Below, one piece after another: positions 25,960-39,186 of a DNA stretch of 64,000 bases; position 1 is the first letter of the stretch; each line of letters starts with the position of its first letter. Both the position numbers and the translations under genes were made by a program. This DNA is from the human T2T-CHM13v2.0 reference genome, Homo sapiens. The notes under the pieces are model-generated. The model did no database searches. It saw only the letters and a list, made by a program, of their open reading frames with translations, and was not told the DNA's origin. The stretch lies in assembly GCF_009914755.1 (NCBI RefSeq), contig NC_060931.1. The stretch is one strand, 5' to 3'.

Positions 25960-27225
25960 TCCTTGCTGTACTCTCATGTCCACAACAAAGCCTGACACAT
26001 TCTAAGTGCTTAGTAGCCATTTACTGAGTGCTGTATGCAGTAGATTATCTCTCCCTTTCTCCTGCATGGTCAAATTTTTCCTTCAGTGCGGGACTCCCTC
26101 CAATTAGCATTGGAATATGTGTTAGTCTCCCTTTGTCTTAAACCGCCATATCTGGACCTGCCCTTATCTAATTCCCAACCTGCTTCAGTGTTGCTTTCAT
26201 CCAGCAGTTCCATTGCAATAATATTCACAAGTGTTATTGATGACTCCCCTATGGTTTAAACCTATCTCGGTCTTAATCTCACTTGATTCCTGGTGGCATT
26301 TGACACTGCTGACTGTCCTGGAATCCTCTTTTCCCTTACTTTCCTGACCCCATATTTTCTACTTATTTTCCTTCTGGCTGTCCCTTTGTCTGTCTGGCTT
26401 CTGTTTCTCTGACCAGGCATAAACTGCTACTGATAGTCAGGGTGTTGTCCATTGTCCTTGTTGTTCTACAAACTGTTGCCTTGTAATCTCGTAATTACCA
26501 TCCAGAAGCTGGTGTTTTCTGAATATTTTTTTTTTCTGGTTTCAGATTCATGTGGACAGTTGGCTGTTGACTTCTCTGTCCCTGAAGCTCTCAGAAGTAT
26601 GCCCCAAATTAAGCTAATCATTACTCTTTCCTCTCTGACATCATCATTCTTCTTCTTCTTCTTCTTCTTTTTTTTTTTTTTTTGAGACAGAATCTTGCCC
26701 TGTTGCCCTGGCTGGAGTGCAGTGGTGTGTGATCTTGGCTCACTGTAACCTCTACCTCCTCGGTTCAAACAATTCTCCTGCCTCAGCCTCCTGAGTAGCT
26801 GGGATTATAGCTGCCCGCCACCATGCCTGACTAATTGTTGTATTTTTAGTAGAGATGGGGTTTTACCATGTTGGCCAGGCTGGTCTCGAACTCCTGACCT
26901 CAAATGATATACCCGCCTGCGCCTCCCAAAGTGTTGGGATTACAGGTGTGAGCCACCCCGCCCAGCCTTACATCATCATTCTTGAGATTGCAATTTAGAT
27001 AGCTCTAATTTCAAGAGACCTTTCCTGATTCTTCAAAGTGTTCTGTACCTTTTCCATCTTGACACTTCGAACCCTAGTATTGAAATTGCCTTGTAGTGCA
27101 TTGGCATTGCCCCAAACCTGTTTATTTCCCTCACTAGGCGTGAAATTCTTTGAAGGCAGGAATGGCTGCTATCAGTAGGTGCTCAATAAGTATTTGGGGA
27201 TGGATAAATGAAGGAATGAATGATA
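25960..27225 (+). mobile_element. L2 fragments (interrupted by Alu)
   Basis: GCATTTGACACTGCTGAC; 3' end TAGGTGCTCAATAAGTATTTG..GAATGAATGA. Confidence 0.7.
26647..26967 (-). mobile_element. AluSx-like with (TTC)7 T16 tail
   Basis: Full dimer; TSD ACATCATCATTCTT on both sides. Confidence 0.95.
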
Positions 27226-27406
27226 TTATAGGAAGTGAGTATTTTATTCAGTGCAGGATTTAGTTTGTTTTTCTGCTCTTGAAGGATAAACATATCTGCA
27301 CTGTTTTAATAGAATGTTCTAGTAATATCTGTGGCAGTGATGGTGGGTCATAGCAGGCAGGCAGCAGTTGTGAACTCAGCATATCAGGGCAGCCTAAGGA
27401 AGGTGG

Positions 27407-27460
27407 GGTGTGTGTGTGTGTGTGCGTGTGTGTGTGTGTGTATGTATGTACATGCGTGTG
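27407..27460. repeat. Imperfect (TG)n microsatellite
   Basis: Directly visible. Confidence 0.9.
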
Positions 27461-27654
27461 ATACTCAGACACACAGACATCCATCCATCTTAAGGTGTCA
27501 GAATATTAAGTAAGATTAAGTTGTGTTAGACAATGGAGTCTTACACAGTGACTTGACCCCCAGGATACCACTTCTGTTACAGATGCTTGGGGAGGGGTCC
27601 TCTGGTTTTTCTGTTTGTGCTGGATTTCTAATATTCATGATAGGAGCTTCTCAA

Positions 27655-28000
27655 CCTAATCCTGGAGCCGGACCTGCTTGGGTTTGAATCCCAGCTCTGC
27701 CAACATGTGACCTCAGGCAAATACCGTTACTTTTCTGTGTGTGTTTCCTCAGTTGTAAGACAGGGTAATGATAATACACACCTTCTTAGAGGTAATGTCT
27801 GTAAAGCAATTAAAGGGTGCCTGGCACGTGATAATTGCTATGTAGGGGCTTATTAAATACAACCACAATGTTTGGGGCCGTTCTGTTACCTCCATTTTAC
27901 AGTTCCCAAAGTGAGACCCAAATAGCTGAGTGTTACGAAGTGTCCCTCCAGTAGCAGAGCTGGTCTGTCTGTCTCTGGGCCCCTCTTCCTCAACTGTGCT
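27655..28000. mobile_element. Two MIRs tail-to-tail (+ about 27655-27865, - about 27870-28000)
   Basis: GGGTTTGAATCCCAGCTCTGCC..TGTGACCTCAGGCAA; CTCCATTTTACAG. Confidence 0.7.
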
Positions 28001-28200
28001 TACCTGCATCTTCACTCAACACTTAACCTCTGTTTAATGTCACAGGGCAGGCTCAGAGAGCAGCAGCCAGACATGGGTGTTTTCTACCTTCGGCCCTGCA
28101 GAGGATTTCTGTAAGAAAAGCAGCATGACAGAGAGAGCCCCCCAGGACATACAGAAAATGAGTACTTAGAGTCTAAATTATAGAGAATGGAATGTTAAGT

Positions 28201-28391
28201 CAGTGGTTCTCAGTTCAGACTGCACGTTAGAATCACCTAGTGGGCTTTTAAAATATACAGATGCCAGGGCTTCACCCCAGACTCATTAAATGAAGGTCTC
28301 CGAGTCATGAATAACATCGGTGGGTGGGGGCCAAGGACTTTCCAGAGCTCCCCAGGTAGTTCAGATATGCAGCCATGGTTGACAACCATTG
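28201..28391. mobile_element. MER5A-type MITE
   Basis: TIRs CAGTGGTTCTCA...TGACAACCATTG. Confidence 0.85.
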
Positions 28392-28747
28392 ACTTAGAAC
28401 TGGGAGGGGGCTCCCTTATTCTCTTGTTCCTCCAGTGTTTCCTAAGCGTCGACCTTATCAAAAGTAGGTCTGACAGTGTGTTCCCAGTGCCTGGACCTGG
28501 ATATTTTTTACTTCAGCTTTAATTCAAACCATTATGTGCTGCTAGTCACTGTGGTGTGGGAGCAGCAGTGCACAAGGTGGTGAGGAAGCCAGCCTGCCTC
28601 AAGGAGTTTAACATTTCCTAGGAAAGCAGTGTCTGAATACTTAGATGATTCTATAACTGACTTGCACAGACGTTCTGCTGTCACAGTAGGTATTACTGAA
28701 TAATGTGGCTGCTCCAAGTTTTTTAGTTATGTTCCATGTAGTTGTGA

Positions 28748-29273
28748 GTCACTGCCAAGGCACTCGGTCTCCTAAAGGGTCTCTGAAAAATCACTGACGT
28801 GAGGCGGATTAATAGGCAAAAAGGCATGGGATTTATTTAATGTTTGTACATGGGAGCCCTCAGAATGAAGACCCAAACCCCAAATGAGGAACAGAAACTT
28901 CTGTGCCCTTTTGAGGTTACAGAAAGAATACAGGCTCAGAGAATGGCCCAAGACAGGTTTTAGTGGCAAGACAAGTAATGGGAGGGAAGAAGGGGGGAGG
29001 CTTGGCTAGCAAAGGTGGTCTTATTATACAGATGAAACCTCAGAGATAGCAGCTCTCAGAGAGAACAGATGATAGATATTTCTTTTCAGACGTTTAAAGG
29101 CTGCAGACTCTCAGTCTCTCCTAGATCCAAGACAGGCCTGGATACGTTCATGGAGATTCTCTGTAGATGTAAATTACCCCAACAAAAGATGGCATTCCAG
29201 AGGTGTTTCTGTCTGCTGGCCCTGCAGCCGCCATTTCAAAATATGTCAAATTAAAATATTTTGATTTCCTTCC
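28748..29273 (-). mobile_element. ERV1 solo LTR (MER39/MER34 family) inserted in L2
   Basis: GCCATTTCAAAATATGTCAAA..AAAATATTTTGATTTCCTTC end; TGAAAAATCACTGAC. Confidence 0.75.
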
Positions 29274-30124
29274 GTGGGAAGCCATCAGAACAAGAAGAGA
29301 TGAGATCAAACAGCAAAGAATTGCCCTGGCTGCTGTCTTGAAGAGTGTAGGGGGACGAGGGTGAAAATGGAGGCTGTCACAGCAGTCTAGACAAATGGTG
29401 ACAGTGGCTTGGGCCAGGGTGGCAGGGGCATCTTTGAGAGTAGAGCCAGCAGGATTAGGATTCCACGGTCTGAGAAAGGAACCAAGGACGACTCCATGTT
29501 ACACTTGTTTCTGCTCACCATAGTCTGTGTTAATAGGTGATTTAGAATTTCATATTTTCCTTCTTGGGTACTTACAAGATAATTTAGTACTTCTGAAAAC
29601 TTTTCTATAGTTAGATTATTTTTGCTTTCTTTTTAGATGCAGAATAATATCTACCTATTTACGTGTGTTGAGATTTTGCATTTGATTTCAGTGCTAAAGA
29701 TTTTAGATAAAGCTCCAATTCAAAAATAACCTGAATTCTTGGAAGTTTAAATTACTTAAAGTTCAATAAGTTGATTATTTAGGTCATTTTACTTACTTTA
29801 GTGCTTTACATTAAAATTTTCCTGTTTAATGAACATTTAACTAATTAGGAAAATTTATTAGTCAAATTGTCAGACTCTGTTAAATGGCTTGTCAAAATGT
29901 TTGTTTAGCAGTTATTCCTGTCTTCTTAACATTGTTGATCTTTCTAACCCTCTAGTTCAGTTTTTTCTGGGTGATTGTGTTAAGTGGTAGTATTTACCAA
30001 TTATTTTAAAAATCCTTTATTATGAAAATAAGTCACTGTGGACAGTTAAAGCATAAAAAGTTTAAAGAAGCAAAAAATAAGCATACAAAATCAACCATTA
30101 TTTCACCATGCTTAGGCAGCCACT

Positions 30125-31060
30125 GTTTCTTTTGTTTTTTGTTTTTTTTTTAACTTTTTAGAGCAATTTTAGGTTCACAGCAAAATTGAGTAGCTGGTAC
30201 ACTGATATCTCGTATGTCTCCTGCCCCTGCACGTGCACAGCCTCCTCCATGATCACCATCCCCCACCGGAGTGGTATGTTGCAACCATTGATGAGCCTAT
30301 ATTGACACCAGGATCACCTGAAGTCCATACTTTACATTAGAATTCACTCTTGATATTGTACATTCTCTGGGTGTGGGTGAATTTATGAGGTGTGTATTCA
30401 TCATCACAGTTTCCTACAGAGTCCTTTCACTGCCCTTAAAATCCTCTGACCTCTGCATAGTTATCTCTTCCCTCTAACCCCTGGCAACCACACGTCTTCT
30501 AACTGTCTCTGTAGTTTTGCCTTTTGCAGAATGTCGTATCATTGGGATCATACAGAATATAGACTTTTCAGACTGATAACTTTCACATAGTAATATTTAT
30601 TGTTTCCTCCCTGTGTTTTCATAGCTCATTTGTTGGATAACTCACTTGTTTTCAGTGCTGAGTAATATTCCATTGTGTGGCTATATCAAAGTTTATGTAT
30701 TCACCTAATGAAGAATATCTTGGTTGCTTCCAAGTTTTGGCAATTATGAATAAAACTGGCATAAACATCTGTGTGCAGGTTTTTGTATGTGGAAATAAGT
30801 TTTCCATTTCTTTGGGTGAATACCAAGGAGTGTGGATCATATGGTACGGGTATGTTTCGTTTTGTAAGAAGCCACCAGGCTGTCCTCAGAAGTGACTGTA
30901 ACATTTTACATCCCCAGCAGCAATGACTGAGAATTCCCATTGCTCCGCATCCTCTTTACCATTTGGTGTTGTCTGGATTTTGGCCATTCTAGTGATATGT
31001 TGTTGTTGATGAAGTATCTATTAAGGTCTTTGGCTCATTTTTTAATTGGTTGTTTGAAGC
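30125..31060 (-). mobile_element. L1MC1-like 3' end
   Basis: TTTTTAGAGCAATTTTAGGTTCACAGCAAAATTGAG..ATCCCCCACCGGAGTGGTA; ORF2 C-terminal peptides in the track. Confidence 0.85.
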
Positions 31061-31464
31061 AACTACTTTTAAAGGTATTATTTCCTTCCTGTCTTTTTAT
31101 TTTTATGCTTTTTTATGTGAGTGGTTGAGATTTGGGGTAAATATTCCATCTGTTTTTTTTCCATTTAACGTCACGATGAAATCTTTTTCTGTTTTGTTAA
31201 AGTGCATTATGTCATTGTAACAGGTATGTAATTATAATGAGAGTTGACATTCACCTATTCTTAGAAATTTTGGTTCTTTCTACCTTTGCAAAATTATAAA
31301 CAATATTGCCATTGAGATGATTGTGCCTGAAAACCTCCCCTGTGTTTTGTGTTGTTTTCTTAGAGCATATCCTAGAAGCTAAGTGACTGGTTTGGAGAAC
31401 AGAGACATTTTTGAGGGTCTTTAAACATATTATGAGATTACTTTCCAATGTTTATATTAATAAA

Positions 31465-31630
31465 AATACTAGCAGCTAACAGTTACTGAGCTCTATGTCT
31501 GTGACAGACACTAGATTTAGTCTTTCAGATGTTTTTCAGTTCTCCCAGCACCACTGTGGGTGGACTTAGGACAGTTCTTGTTTTATGGGTGGAGAAACTG
31601 AAGCCTAGAAAGATGGTAAAAGTGGCCAAT
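31465..31630 (-). mobile_element. MIR
   Basis: AGCAGCTAACAGTTACTGAGC..TTTTATGGGTGGAGAAACTGAAGC. Confidence 0.7.
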
Positions 31631-31916
31631 AAGAGACAGTAATAATGACAGAGTCGAATAAAGAGATATGCTATATAGAGGAAGACTATTTTTTAAATTT
31701 CGGTTATTCTCAAGTTGATTTACAGTGTTAACAGAGTTCCAAACAAAATCCCTTAATTAAGGTAAAATATAGACGTTAATATTTATCAACTTTTTGGATG
31801 ATGTTTTTAAATTTCAGTGCAATAGAAGAAATCATATAAGACACAAAGAAGAATTAAGACTGATGTGGCCAACAGATGAAGGAATGGCAAACAATATAAA
31901 GAAAATATCCATATTT

Positions 31917-32419
31917 AAATTGTTTTAAATTATTAGTGGGCATTTTTATTCTATACAGTTCGTAATAGTTTTAAAATAATTTCAACTTTTATTTTAGATT
32001 AAAGGTATACATGTGCAAATTTGTTATGTGGGTCTGTTGCGTGATCCTGAGGTTTAGGGTACAGATGAGCCCATCACCCAGGTAGTGAGTGTGGTGCCCA
32101 GCAGGTTTTATAACTTTTCAGTCTAGTCCCACCCACCCTTAGTAGTCCCCAGTGTCTGTTGTTCACATCTTTATATCCATGTGTACTCAGTATCTAGCTC
32201 TCATTTATACGTAAGGATATGTGGTATTTGTTTTTCTGTTCTTGCATTAATTTGCCTAGGATAGTGGCCTCTAGCTGCAGCCATCTTGCTGCAAAAGACA
32301 AGATTTTATTCTCTTTTATGGCTGTGTAATATTCCATGGTGTGTTCCTACCATGTTCTCTTTATTCAGTCCACCATTGATAGGCACCTAGGTTGATTCCA
32401 TGTCTGTACTGTTGTGATG
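31917..32419 (-). mobile_element. 5'-truncated L1PA16-like element with short 3' transduction
   Basis: TTTCAACTTTTATTTTAGATT..CCCATCACCCAGGTAGTGAG; TSD GAAAATATCCATATTT (31901-31916) and GAAAATATTCATATTT (32420-32435). Confidence 0.85.
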
Positions 32420-32734
32420 GAAAATATTCATATTTCAGAAGTAAGGAAAGAAGAGAGGGACGACAAGACAGGTTATCAGTGTTTCAGAGCAAATGTCTTT
32501 AGACTGCCTGTCTCATGGAGTTTGTATGTTTTTACTCTAAATCTCCAGTCTGATTTTTGTGTATAGGAGATTTACAATGGACATTTCTGCATTTTAGAAG
32601 TAGACTATGTTGTACAGTCTCCTGTTATTTCTTGGGTGTGTCTTTATGTGTGAATTCGTGTTTTCTGTTGATGAAACAAGAAAAAATATATACTTAAAAC
32701 ACCCAAATATATCTGTAGATAATTTACATATCAG

Positions 32735-33200
32735 TTGATGAACTATTACTGTTTTTGATAGAAAATCCATGTGGCTTAAGCAAGGGAAAGGTTTGTTTCT
32801 CTCTTAAATGTAGAGAGGTAGATAGTCCAGGGTTGGTTTGGCGGTCCCACAGCCATTAGGACTTGGGCGTCTTTGTCAGTCACTGCTCGCCATTCACCTC
32901 GTGTGTCTCGTCACTGTCCTAGGTCAGTGCTCTAGTCTGACTATGATGCATTTCAGCATGCACGAAGGAGGAGAGTAGTAGATGAAAATGGGCAGGAGTG
33001 GAAGGGAGCATATGCTTAGCTGTCATTTAAGGAGGTTTCTGAATATTGCCAAGTAGTACTTAGACCCCGTCTCCTTGACCAGAACTGTAGGTACGTGGAA
33101 CAAGGTACATTGTTTTATGCCCAGCTGAAAATCAGGATTTGTATTACTAAAGAGAAATGAGAGAATGGATATTGGGCAGTGTAACAATCTTTGCCCCATC
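32735..33200 (-). mobile_element. MaLR LTR (MLT1J-like)
   Basis: GTGGCTTAAGCAAG..TTTGTTTCTCTC..GTAGATAGTCCAGGGTTGG..TTGACCAGAACT..GAATGGATATTGGG. Confidence 0.7.
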
Positions 33201-34489
33201 ACGCGTGCATGCGTGCATGCGTGCGCTCTCTCTCTCTTTCTCTCTTTCACTCATTTAAGTGTGACAAGAGCAAAAGAAACATTTCTAATACAAATCAGAA
33301 CAATAATCACTTGGGCCCTTTTCTCTGCTGAATGTAAAGTTTTCATAATGAGGCATTATTAGGCTTGGAGGGTGCCTTTGGCACTAGAGTTCCCTTGACA
33401 TCATCCAAGATATTCTGCGGGTAGAAGGAGCAGGTGAGAGAAGCGGGGAGGCTGGTCTTGGTGGGGAGGAGACAAGACCTGGAGGTGCAGTCAATTCTCA
33501 TTCTGCTGTTTTGAGCAACCTTCTGAAGAAGAGCAGGGCTGTGCAACTGAATACTGACTCTGAGCCCATTGTGACCCTGCTGAGAGAACACCTCTAGGAG
33601 GAAAGAGTTCTGTATTTTAGAAAAAGAAGAAAATTCGTTCTTCTTTTGTTGTGTCTATATTAAATTCAGAAAGAAGTAAGGCTGACCAGCAAGACTTGGG
33701 AGGGCACAAATTACATCCTTCTGAATTGCTAAGCACAGGTCCATGTGATAGGCACTTAGTAATTACTTTAATGACAGTGATGAGATGGTGCTAAAACTAT
33801 CATAATTTCTAACTCTGTAACTTCATGAATGATTTTATTTAAAAACACACACTGTCCTTTTTAATTTATGCTTACAGTTGTATTTGTGATCAAATCAAGT
33901 GTTCTCTATAATCTAGAATGTACTCTTAAAATAGTAGACTTCTCTTATGCTCCAAAATTTAAAACTGAAGGAACAAGTAACTTTCGTGTTTTAGTATTTG
34001 GAAGTCATTTCAGAATCATATAAGGAGGTTAGCCAAAGAGAAATGTTGATGTAAATTTTGCTTTGTACATTTTGTGCCATTTTTCAACTCGATTTTACTG
34101 CTGAAATTACACATGCATTATTTAAAAATCCCAGTGGTACAGTCTCAAAGACATAAATCACCTTATTTTGATCAGTTTTTGCAGATTGAAACAAAACTAA
34201 TGAAAAATATTCTTCACTAATGAAAAATATTCTTCACTATGTGGAAGAGATTTAGCTGAAATTTTTCGTTTTTGACCTTTGAAAATGTTCATGTAGTATA
34301 ATTAGGGCTTTCTGCACATGTCATTTCTTTGCTAATTGTTTTATACTTATAGTTCATCAGATGAGAGCTAAAGTGTTAAATCTTCAATGCATGAAGTTGA
34401 AAATGTAAGAAAATTGTAGAACTCACCTTTGTTCCTGTTCTTTAATTCAGAAGATATTTTCTTTTTTTTTTTTTGGTATACTCAAAAAT

Positions 34490-34660
34490 ATACATTTGCA
34501 TGTATATAAACATATATACATGCACATACATTTACACACCTATATAATGTATAACATATAGAGGTTATATATTATGTGATATATACATAGTATGTATACC
34601 ATCAATTTATAATACACATATATACTATGTTTACTTATACATGCAGCTGTAGATCATAGG
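34490..34660. repeat. TA/CA-rich low-complexity region
   Basis: Directly visible. Confidence 0.8.
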
Positions 34661-35559
34661 ATACACAGACAAACCCCAGGAATGGCAGCTACCTATGTCA
34701 TACCATCCTGCTGGGTGATGCTTTTCATATTCTTTTAACCAACAACTAACTTTTATAATTTGAATTAATTTGTCACAGGCTAATTATTGAAAGTATAGGT
34801 AATTTTTAGGTGTTCTACTTAAAGAGCTATTTTTTACTGAGTATATTTTAAAAAATTATTATGAAATCTTTTATGAAACTATTCTCCTGATTACTAAATG
34901 AAATATTTTTAGAGCTTCCATGACCTCTTAAGGAATTCATTTTCTGGTGTGCTACTAACAGTATTTTCACAAAATGCTTTAAGCATACATTAATTAGGTT
35001 GTAATAGTCTTTTGGATGAATTATGTGTTTGTATAAATGATAATTTGGAAAAGTTCATGGAAGTCTGATGTGAAGAACTCTATTGTTTGACAACAGTTTG
35101 AAAGATACTGAGTATTAGACATTTTTACTTTAAAAGAAATGGAGACAAAATCATTCAAAGGAACGCACTCACTTAAGAATTCATTAACTGTAATAGACTT
35201 TATCACCCATTATTTGGGGACATGAAAAAGTGCTCATTTCAAGGGTATTAAGTGCCATCTTGGGTCAGATCTGCCTGCTGTTCTCAGATGTTGATAACCA
35301 GATACTTTATCTTTTTGGTGAGGTGATGAGTGTGTGTGCCTTTTATTGTGTTATCTCAGAAGATTAGGGTTATAAGCAAACATTCCTGATTTTTCTCTGT
35401 AGTCTGTATTTTATACATTATTCATAAATGTATGAAAATCATTACTGAACCTAGTTACATTTTTAGTCTGAACCATTTCTGGAAGGAATTTCCTAAGCTT
35501 TCTGAAAAAAGTAGCAGCATGTGGTGTGATAGGAAGCTGTATTATTAGGTTTATAAGAG

Positions 35560-36400
35560 TGCCCAGTAATTCACGCATGTTCATCATTATGTAAAAATTT
35601 CAGTTATTCCCTATTTATTATTCATTTTGTAGAGCACTAATGTTTAATCTGTTTTCATGTTGAATGCATATCCTCTTAATTATTTTAGCTGATTTTTGTC
35701 TAGTGTACTTCATTTCCTCTTGAGCTATACCTTTGTAAATTCTGTAGAGTATTAGAGAGAGAGATGCATCATGGTTCTACAGAACAGAAACTCAAGTAGT
35801 GTTTTGTGTTTTTACTCCTCTTCCTGGCAATACTCAACACTTTTGCTTGCTTCCTGCAGGAATGTATTGACCTGTTGCATTAGGAAATAGCCCACAACGA
35901 CTTAGGGAGCCAGGCACATATCACTTTTCATGACTTGCAGCTCAGAGCCTGTCCCGCCTAGAGTAAGGTGGAGGTATAATTTTGGATGTGTTGCTGCAGG
36001 TTGTCCATGTTGATGCCCACCATTGTTCTGCTAAGGCTTTCAGCTGTTCTGTGTTGTATCATCTGTTCGCCTTGAATTGTATTGCCACTAGTGCTTCCTT
36101 TTTCCAGCACAGGTAAAGAATTGCCTGTGCATTTCCTCTCCTAGGTCATCATTACATAAGACCATTTTAATACCTCACACTATAGTTAAAATTGCTCTTT
36201 CTGGAAAACAAATTCCTTTTTATTATGGTATCTTTAGCCCATTCTCAGTGACTAAGTCTTTTTTCTCAGTTTAATGGTAATTCATTTGATGTTTTTTGTG
36301 TTTGTTTTTGTGACTTCTCTCTCTTTGGTGGAGAAGCTTACCAGAAGTACTTAAAGAGCCAATTAAGTTACAGTTTTAGGCCCTTATTTTGTCAAAGCAT
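35560..36400 (-). mobile_element. Ancient CR1/L3 (Plat_L3-like) LINE fragment
   Basis: Degenerate collinear match to recalled antisense CR1 RT: CATCATGGTT..CTTCCTGGCAATACTCAACAC..CAGCTCAGAGCC..TTGTCCATGTTGA..CCTAGGTCATCATT. Confidence 0.5.
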
Positions 36401-36601
36401 TTATTTTTCAAAGTGTTTTAGTAAGATATTTATAGTTTTTATGTTTGTTTCCCCTAGAAGATAAGATGAGCTTATATAGCATACCCAGTTTGAGTATGAG
36501 GCAGGAAAATACATTGTTTAGAGGTGAATAATTTATTTTGTACTATTCTTTCTGCAGATAAAATTAGTAATATGTATTAAAAATTTTAAAGCATGAGCCT
36601 T

Positions 36602-37768
36602 TTCGCTTCAGGACATTGATCTGGGAAATAATTTTATGGATAATATCTCAAAAACACAGGCAACAAAAGTAAAAATAAATGGGATTATTTCAAACTCAAA
36701 AGCTTCTGCACAGCAAAGGAAACAACAGAATGAAAAGACAACCTACAGAATGGGAGAACATATTTGCAAACTGTTCATCTCAAAGGGAACTAATATCCAG
36801 AATGTACTAGGAACTTAAACATCTGAACAGAAAAAAAAAAAGAAAGATTAAAAAATGAGCAAATGATCTGAACACACATTTCTCAAAATAATACATATAC
36901 ATGAGCAACAAATATATGAAAAGTATGCTCAACATCACTAATCAGGGAAATGCAAATAAAAAACCACAATAAGATATCATCTCATCCCAGATAGGATGGC
37001 CATTATTAAAAAGACAAAAAAAAACATGCTGGCAATGATACGGAGAAAAGGGAACTCTTACACACTATGCAGGAATGTAAACTAGTATGGTCACTATGGA
37101 GAGCAGAGTGGAAGCTCCTCCAGCAATCCCACTACTGGGCATTTATCCAGAGGAAAGGAAATCAGTTTATCAAAGAGATACCTGCACTTCTGTGTTTATT
37201 GTAGCACTGTTCACAATATACAAGATATGGAATTAACCCATGTCCAACAACAGATGAATGGATAAAAAATGTGCTATATATATGCAATGGAATACGCTAT
37301 TCAGCCATAAAAAAAAAAGGAAGTCCTGTCATTTGAGACAACAGGGATGGAACTGGAGGGCATTATGTTTCTTGAAATAAGCCAGGAACAGAAAGTTAAA
37401 CACCACATATGTTCTCATATGCAGAAGCTAAAAAGAAGTTGATTTCATAGAAGTCAAAAGTAGAACAGAGAATAGGAGGGTTGAAGGAAGAGTGGGGGAT
37501 AGGGAGAGAGTTGTTAAAGGATATGAAACTCCAGCTAGATAGGAAGAATCAGTTCAAGTCTTCCATAGCACTGTAGGGTGGCTATCATTAACAATGATTA
37601 TGGTTTAAATATGTAGGAGGGTATTGACTGTTCCCAACACAAAGAAGTGATAAATGTTTGAGATGATGAATTATGCTAATTACCCATTACTATACATTGT
37701 AATGTATCAAAACATTACTGTGTACCCCATACATATATATGATTATTATGTGTCAAATAAAAATAAAA
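36602..37768 (+). mobile_element. 5'-truncated L1MA 3' end inserted into an older + strand L1ME fragment
   Basis: ORF2 C-terminus and L1MA 3'UTR ending TGTCAAATAAAAATAAA; TSD AAAGCATGAGCCTT/AAAGTGTGAGCCTT. Confidence 0.9.
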
Positions 37769-37829
37769 GTGTGAGCCTTGCTACCCAACAATTACACTTT
37801 TGGGGATTTGTTGTATGAAATAAGAGTAA

Positions 37830-37996
37830 CAACAATAATAGTCAACATTTCTGTATTGCTTGCTATGTTTTGGGCATGATTTAAAGCATTTGACATACAT
37901 GTACTTACCTAACTCATTGAAATCCTGTGAAGTAGGTACTGTTACACCAGTTTTATAAAGAAATTGAGGCAGAGAAGATTAAGTGATTTGTCCAGT
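37830..37996 (-). mobile_element. MIR
   Basis: CCTGTGAAGTAGGTACTGTTA..GAAATTGAGGCAGAGAAGATTAAGTGATTTGTCC. Confidence 0.8.
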
Positions 37997-39186
37997 TTTA
38001 GTCTGTCTCTGTTACATCCAGAGATACGCATAAAAAATATGTAGAGGATTAGTAATTTTAAATCCATTTATATTTCCACAATAGAGGTTATCATTAAATA
38101 AGAGGAGACTCATATAATAGAATTCTATGAGGAGATAAAAACGGCAAGTCTAGCCTTCTGTAATGCTAAACTTATAAGAAGTATAATTCTATTTTAGTAA
38201 AAAGGATGTTAGTATACATATATTGAATGCAAATATTGTGTGTATAAACTAGAAAGCCATGCAAGAGAATATTAATAGTACTGATGAACTCTGGATATTG
38301 GGATTAGGAGTGATTTTATTTGTGCATATGTTTTTCTATTTTACAGTGCTTTTTCATTGAGCACATTCTGCATTTGGGAAAGAAAGGTTATTTAAAGTTG
38401 TTCTTATTAAAGTTACTGCATTTAATTCTGTTTTTGCCATTGTGTCAGGCAAGTAAAAATGCTAGATATCAAGTTACCAGAATCTTCTCTGGAGCCCTTC
38501 CTCTGGGGGTTACATGTATATGCTGCCTGTCTTTTGGCATAGTGATTTGTAAGTGACATGGTTTAAGGGTTTGGACCAACAGGTTCATAGTTTCACCCTG
38601 CTTTCTTTTAGAGCTCCTGGATAAATTCTGTCCGGTTTCAATGATTTATCTATATTTAGGTTGTCAACCTAGGTAAGAACATCCTGTGCAGCTCTCTGTT
38701 TGCTCTATTGAGTCCTTGTATGGTTATCTTGTTAGTATAGTGCTCATGATAACAGGCTGTGTGTAAAAGCTCTCTGTACACAGCTGTCGAACTCTGCTGT
38801 GTTTGGTGGTGCAGACTACACCCTGAATCCTGTTAAAGAAAACCTTTGAGATCATAACAGGATGTTTGGAAGTTTTAATATAAATCTCTTACTTATATCA
38901 AAAGCAGTTGAAGCAAATAGTCTTAAAATGTACTAGAATTCTAATGTATCTGACCTGCTTCCTTAAGAATTCAGTTTGGCTATGGTAATCTCTGCAATCT
39001 TCTCCTTAATAAAAACTGAAACATTAAGTCTGCCCCTTTTCTTTAATCCCTGTTCAAGAGGGTATGTCGATACTTGAACCCTTTTACCAGCATTTAAAGA
39101 ACCAGCTGCTGTTGGCATAGCATGTCTGAGATTGCATTTTGTCCTGCCTGCCTTTTTATTAGACCTTGCACAGCCATATTTGTGAG

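Noticed and set aside
35323-35389. C/D box snoRNA-like GTGATGA...CTGA
   Set aside because: No terminal stem or recognisable guide; chance spacing
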